DNA from: the human T2T-CHM13v2.0 reference genome, Homo sapiens
Assembly (NCBI RefSeq): GCF_009914755.1
Contig: NC_060935.1
Strand: one strand, 5' to 3'
DNA: 64,000 nt
How positions within the stretch are numbered: the first letter of the stretch is position 1; the number at the start of each line of letters is the position of its first letter. The notes beneath the pieces are model-generated. The model did not search any database, had not been told where the DNA came from, and saw only the letters and a program-made list of their open reading frames with translations. Shown one piece after another: positions 59,621-64,000 of this stretch. Both the position numbers and the translations under genes were made by a program.

Positions 59621-60084
59621 AAAAATTACTTTCACCTGTTTCTTTTTTAAATAGGGCTACTAGAAAATTTTAAATTACATATGGCTCACATTATATTTCT
59701 ACTGGCTAGCACTGGCCTATACCATTTGCCTAGCTTAGTGTCTTTCGACAAATCACTTCTATCTGGACCTATTTCTAACATAATTTCCATTATTACTAAT
59801 TTTAGAACTGTAAAATGTCATCAATATCCTTATGAGATGTATTACTCTTATTGTTTTATTTCACAAAACTTCATATGAAGTGTATGAAAACTAACAGAGG
59901 TTTTCATTCACAACGTTTACCTCCCAACTTAATTTTTCCCAGAAGGACCTATTTTTCAACTCAAATTCTCCTACTCCATGGGTTCTCAGGGATCCTGACA
60001 GCCTTTTATTCTGGGGAGAGATAGGTTAATACCTTGGAAACACTTTAACAGGTCATGGGCAAGCTAAATATTAACTGTCCTCAC

Positions 60085-60179
60085 CTCAATGGCCTGGGGA
60101 ACCACACATCTTCGAGGTCCATGAGGAACTCCTAACTGGCCAAAGGAGTTGGATCCACATGATAGAACTTGACCATTTT
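60085..60179 (-). CDS. SERGEF: SERGEF coding exon 4 (95 nt, phase 1->0): ENGQVLSCGSNSFGQLGVPHGPRRCVVPQAIE
   Basis: Manual translation. Acceptor ttgtattttgcag|AA, donor ATTGAG|gtgagg. GSNSFGQLG RCC1 motif. In frame with its neighbours. Confidence 0.95.
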
Positions 60180-61770
60180 CTGCAAAATACAAATACTTAA
60201 ATTGCAAATCTATGAAGTAAGATGTCTGTGACCAATGGGTAAATGCTGCAGGGTGAGAGATGCAAAGGGGATGAGGGGAAGTGCTTCAGTGCATTCAGAC
60301 CATATTCCCTGCTTTTATTCCTCTAGGAATGAAAACACTGGGCACCAGGTTAAGCACTCTACACAGATTGTCTATTCTATTCTCTCATTAATAACAGATT
60401 ATCTGTGTAGAACACTTAACTCAGTGCCTCGTATTGGGATGGGAGGATAGTAATTTTTCATTTTTCATGTTTCCATGTGACAAAATTTCCATTAGTAAAA
60501 CAACACTCCAGCTTTTCTCCCTGCCCTTCCCCATCCTCACTGCTTTCTAGGGGACAGCGGTCATGTAACCAACTGGTGAGTTTAGGAGATGGGACAGGAC
60601 ATGTGTGGCTTGGCACCTCCCTCTCAGTCATTCTAGGCTGACACATAGGAAGCATTTCCCTGTGGGGAAAGCCTAGAGATTTGGGGGTAAGTTTGGACCA
60701 GAAGAATATTAGGACCACTGGCCTCATAATTAATACTGTCCTCCAATTTAGCCTTTACCGGTGAAAAGCCAATAGTTTTTAATCTCCAATACTGACTTCT
60801 CTGTGCTTTTCTCACAACTGGCTCCAAATGTGAGCAGGAAAGAGCATTATCTACTGACTCCTTACAATCCAAAACATAGGCTCACAATAAACACCTTATA
60901 AATGATAGTTATTGTTTAGATTCTAATAATCACCATCAAATTCAACACATATTACAGAACCCCTCCACAGAGGAGGATGGTGACACTTGAGCAGGGTTTT
61001 AAAGCTGGGATTCGAGTCCATCAGATAGACAAGAGGGGCTGGTCCAGACAGACAGAAGAACATATACTGCTTGGTATGACCAGAAAGAAAAGTATGAGGA
61101 GTGTGGAGAATAAGAGACACAGCACAAAGATAGCTAGGGAACAGTTACAGAAGGCCAACGCTAAAAAGCTAGGAATCTGAGCTATGTCTGGGAGAATCCA
61201 CAAGGGTTTATGACAGGAGAGTGACAGAAGATGCCCTTGCCAAAGGACCGTGGCAAAGAGGGAGCCTGGTCAGAAACCACAGATGGTCCTTTAAATCCAG
61301 AATGGCCAGCTAGACAGAGCAAAGCTGAACAGAGAGGTCAAAACTGCTTCAAGGGAACAGACGTCAGCTGACAAGGTAACTACTGCTGGCTGTTCCCAAG
61401 TGCATTACTCTAATAACCCTCTGGCCATATCCTATCCTGCTACCTGGCTTCACAAAGACCAAACAGATCTGCCTAACACATTTAAAAAAAAAAAAATCCC
61501 ACAGTGTGAAAAAGCTGCCATCACTGCTTTGGCAACCACTATTGCCTCATATTCTCCTACCACATTCCCTGTAAGTAACCCTCTGCTGCCACTGCTGGCC
61601 ACTGGCCAGCTACCCCAAGCACACAGCTATCATGAACTTTTGGGACAGGAAGTGGCCACCAAAGGTGATCTAGTCTATTCCCTACTCTCTGACAAAAGTT
61701 TTCCACCCCAATCCCAGTCTCCTTTACCGTTAAACTCTCCTTAGAAAAGGTAGTCCACAACTTTCCTTGA

Positions 61771-62119
<349 letters not shown>

Positions 62120-62234
62120 TTATGTGTGCTTTTTAAACACAAAGAGGCTTTCATTTAATCTGCAGTCACCATCATCATACTGTTCTCACCCAAAGCCTTT
62201 GTGGTGACAAAAATCTACCTAGGAGTGAACTCAC

Positions 62235-62390
62235 CTGTGAGCATAATCGTAAAATCCCAGCCACAGGCCACCTGTTGGATGGGACAGCCAAAGAGGGATT
62301 TGCAGGGGGTAAAATATGGGATATCCTCTGTGTGACCAAGCCCCAGTTGCCCATCTTTGTTCAGGCCACAAACAAAGAGGTCTCCTCCAT
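62235..62390 (-). CDS. SERGEF: SERGEF coding exon 3 (156 nt, phase 1->1): DGGDLFVCGLNKDGQLGLGHTEDIPYFTPCKSLFGCPIQQVACGWDFTIMLT
   Basis: Lies within ORF 62215..62571. Acceptor atattttgcag|AT, donor CTCACAG|gtgagt. One complete RCC1 repeat. Confidence 0.97.
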
Positions 62391-62710
62391 CTGCAAAATA
62401 TAAAGGCATCAGTGATAGCGTGCACAGGAAAAAACACAACTGCAAAATGAACAAAAAGATTTCACTAATTATTTGGACTCTCAGACCAATAACTTTTTTT
62501 GCCATCCAAGTTAATAAGCTGTGTATGTTCATGTATTCTGGAGCCAAACAACACAAGGCCAAGGGCCTCAAACTAATACCTACAGAGAAACTTCAAGTCT
62601 TGGCGCAGTGGTCAATCAATCACCAAACTGAGCATCTACTGGAACAAAAAGCCAACAACATTTATTCAACATTGAGAACGTGCCAGGTACTGTTTTAAGA
62701 GCTTTTTGTG

Positions 62711-62974
62711 CAGAGCGGACTTATCCTTTAGGCACAGTGTCTAGGGCCCACAATGCTTTCAGAGGCCCACAGAGTGGCTTAATTTTTAGTTATTTTTAAA
62801 TGAGAAAAAGATAATATAGTAACAATGCATATATAACACTAAATCTGGAGTGGATTCTATTAATATCCATCTTTATACCAACACAGTTGTAAAATATAAT
62901 TTTTTTCTTTACAAAGGAAGAGGTCCATAAAGGGAAAAGCACCAACGACCCATGACAGTCGGAATGGAGCCCTG
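62711..62974 (+). mobile_element. ORSL-like hAT-Tip100 MITE
   Basis: TIR-like ends cagagc.../...gccctg. Internal aggcacagtgtctagggcccac and ctttataccaacacagttgtaaaatataattttt resemble the remembered ORSL consensus. Confidence 0.7.
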
Positions 62975-63571
62975 CTAACTCACTGGTTCTCTTCACCCAC
63001 CATTATTATCCTCATGTAACAGATTCAGAAACTGTGGCTATTTGCCCAAGGCCACATAGATAATAAGTCACAGAACCAGGATCTGAACCCAGAGATTTGA
63101 TTCCAGAGCTCATGTTCTCAACCAGATGCAATATGCCCCCCTTTACAACATTGTAGCACTTGTACTACTTGTTAAGTGCTATCCTAGATACAGTAAGGGA
63201 AGATTAAGGGGAACACACAGTTTTTGCTCTCAAGGAATATCCAATCTAATTACAAAGACTTCTAATTCCTATGGTGTAAAATATACATTGTAACTCTGCC
63301 ACTACTTTGCCTTGTGATGTTAAGCAATCAGTGTTCCTTTCTGAGTTTCATTTGTATAATGGAGGGGGTGGCCTAGAAGATCTCTGAAGTCCTTCTAGCC
63401 CTGAAAATCTAGGATCTTCTGATGGTAATTTGGCTCTTTCACAAAAATGTTTCACAAAAATACATTATTTTCCTCTGCAAAATACAAAAGGCTGAAAGAT
63501 GGCAATATCATATCCAGGGGAAAACGTCTAAATAAGAAAATGAGTGACTATCTACTTTTGAAGGAAATTAC

Positions 63572-63707
63572 CTGTGACAACTGCAGAGTGGCCCCCTCCT
63601 CCTGTGATCCTCCTGACACTCCTGGGTTTACAGAAGTCATTCAGTTGCTGGGGCAACAGCACATCTTCCTTATGGCCGAGGCCAAGTTGCCCATAGCTAT
63701 TTGCACC
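63572..63707 (-). CDS. SERGEF: SERGEF coding exon 2 (136 nt, phase 0->1): GANSYGQLGLGHKEDVLLPQQLNDFCKPRSVRRITGGGGHSAVVT
   Basis: Manual translation of the reverse complement. Acceptor ttcatccctag|GGT, donor GTCACAG|gtaatt. RCC1 motif G-x-N-x-x-GQLG and GxxH. Joins exon 3 in frame (G+AT=Asp). Not in the ORF track. Confidence 0.95.
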
Positions 63708-64000
63708 CTAGGGATGAATAAGCCAAGGATGAAAAAGTGTGGGAACCACAACTGTCAATGTCTATTTACCTGTCTCTGTCTCTCTCACCCTGACGTATCT
63801 CTCAGACCCTGTAACAGATGAGATTTATTAGGCTCATTCTTTTTTAAAAAAAAATTTTTAGCTCCTTCACGGCAAATACTCACAGCACTGTTTATTCAAA
63901 TATATAATAACAAGCACCAGAAAACAACAGGTAACACTGTCTCCCCACCCCTGATCTGTAATCCCATTAGAAAGAGACTCATGACCATAACAGTGGAGGA

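Larger units (their letters stand above)
59036..59714 (-). mobile_element. MER33 interrupted by a half Alu and an L1 fragment
   Basis: tgtccaatatggtagccact... at the left end. ...ggctactagaaaattttaaattacatatggctcacattatatttctactgg at the right end. Confidence 0.82.

Overview
Primate (most likely human) genomic DNA that is CpG-depleted and rich in Alu, MIR, L2, L1 and MaLR repeats. The whole window lies inside one minus-strand gene that I recognise as SERGEF (DelGEF), an RCC1-repeat beta-propeller protein. I traced eight consecutive GT-AG coding exons by hand (exons 2-9, numbered from my recollection of the gene): 63572-63707, 62235-62390, 60085-60179, 56141-56201, 51448-51561, 48582-48644, 44249-44407 and 15121-15287. 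Together they give 951 nt, or 317 in-frame codons (GANSYGQLG...HCLTGATE). The ORF track shows no correct translation for exons 2, 4, 5 and 6. Exon 1, the promoter and the last exons lie outside the window. The rest is intron (intron 8 is 28,961 nt; intron 9 is >15 kb). It holds about 16 Alus, a near full-length Tigger1 with TA target-site duplications, five MaLR solo LTRs, hAT MITEs (MER3, MER33, MER20, MER58, ORSL-like), L1/L2/MIR fragments and microsatellites. Almost all other ORFs in the track are repeat-derived or chance. I found no convincing new biological system. The best leads are: (1) a blade-by-blade phase-1 exon architecture that makes many skipped or back-spliced products stop-free, flanked by inverted Alus; (2) a closely spaced inverted Alu pair; (3) an antisense THE1 LTR with an intact DUX4-type motif and splice donor; (4) a strong CTCF motif; (5) several visible footprints of template switching or microhomology repair. 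Repeat subfamily names come from remembered consensus sequences, not from a RepeatMasker run.
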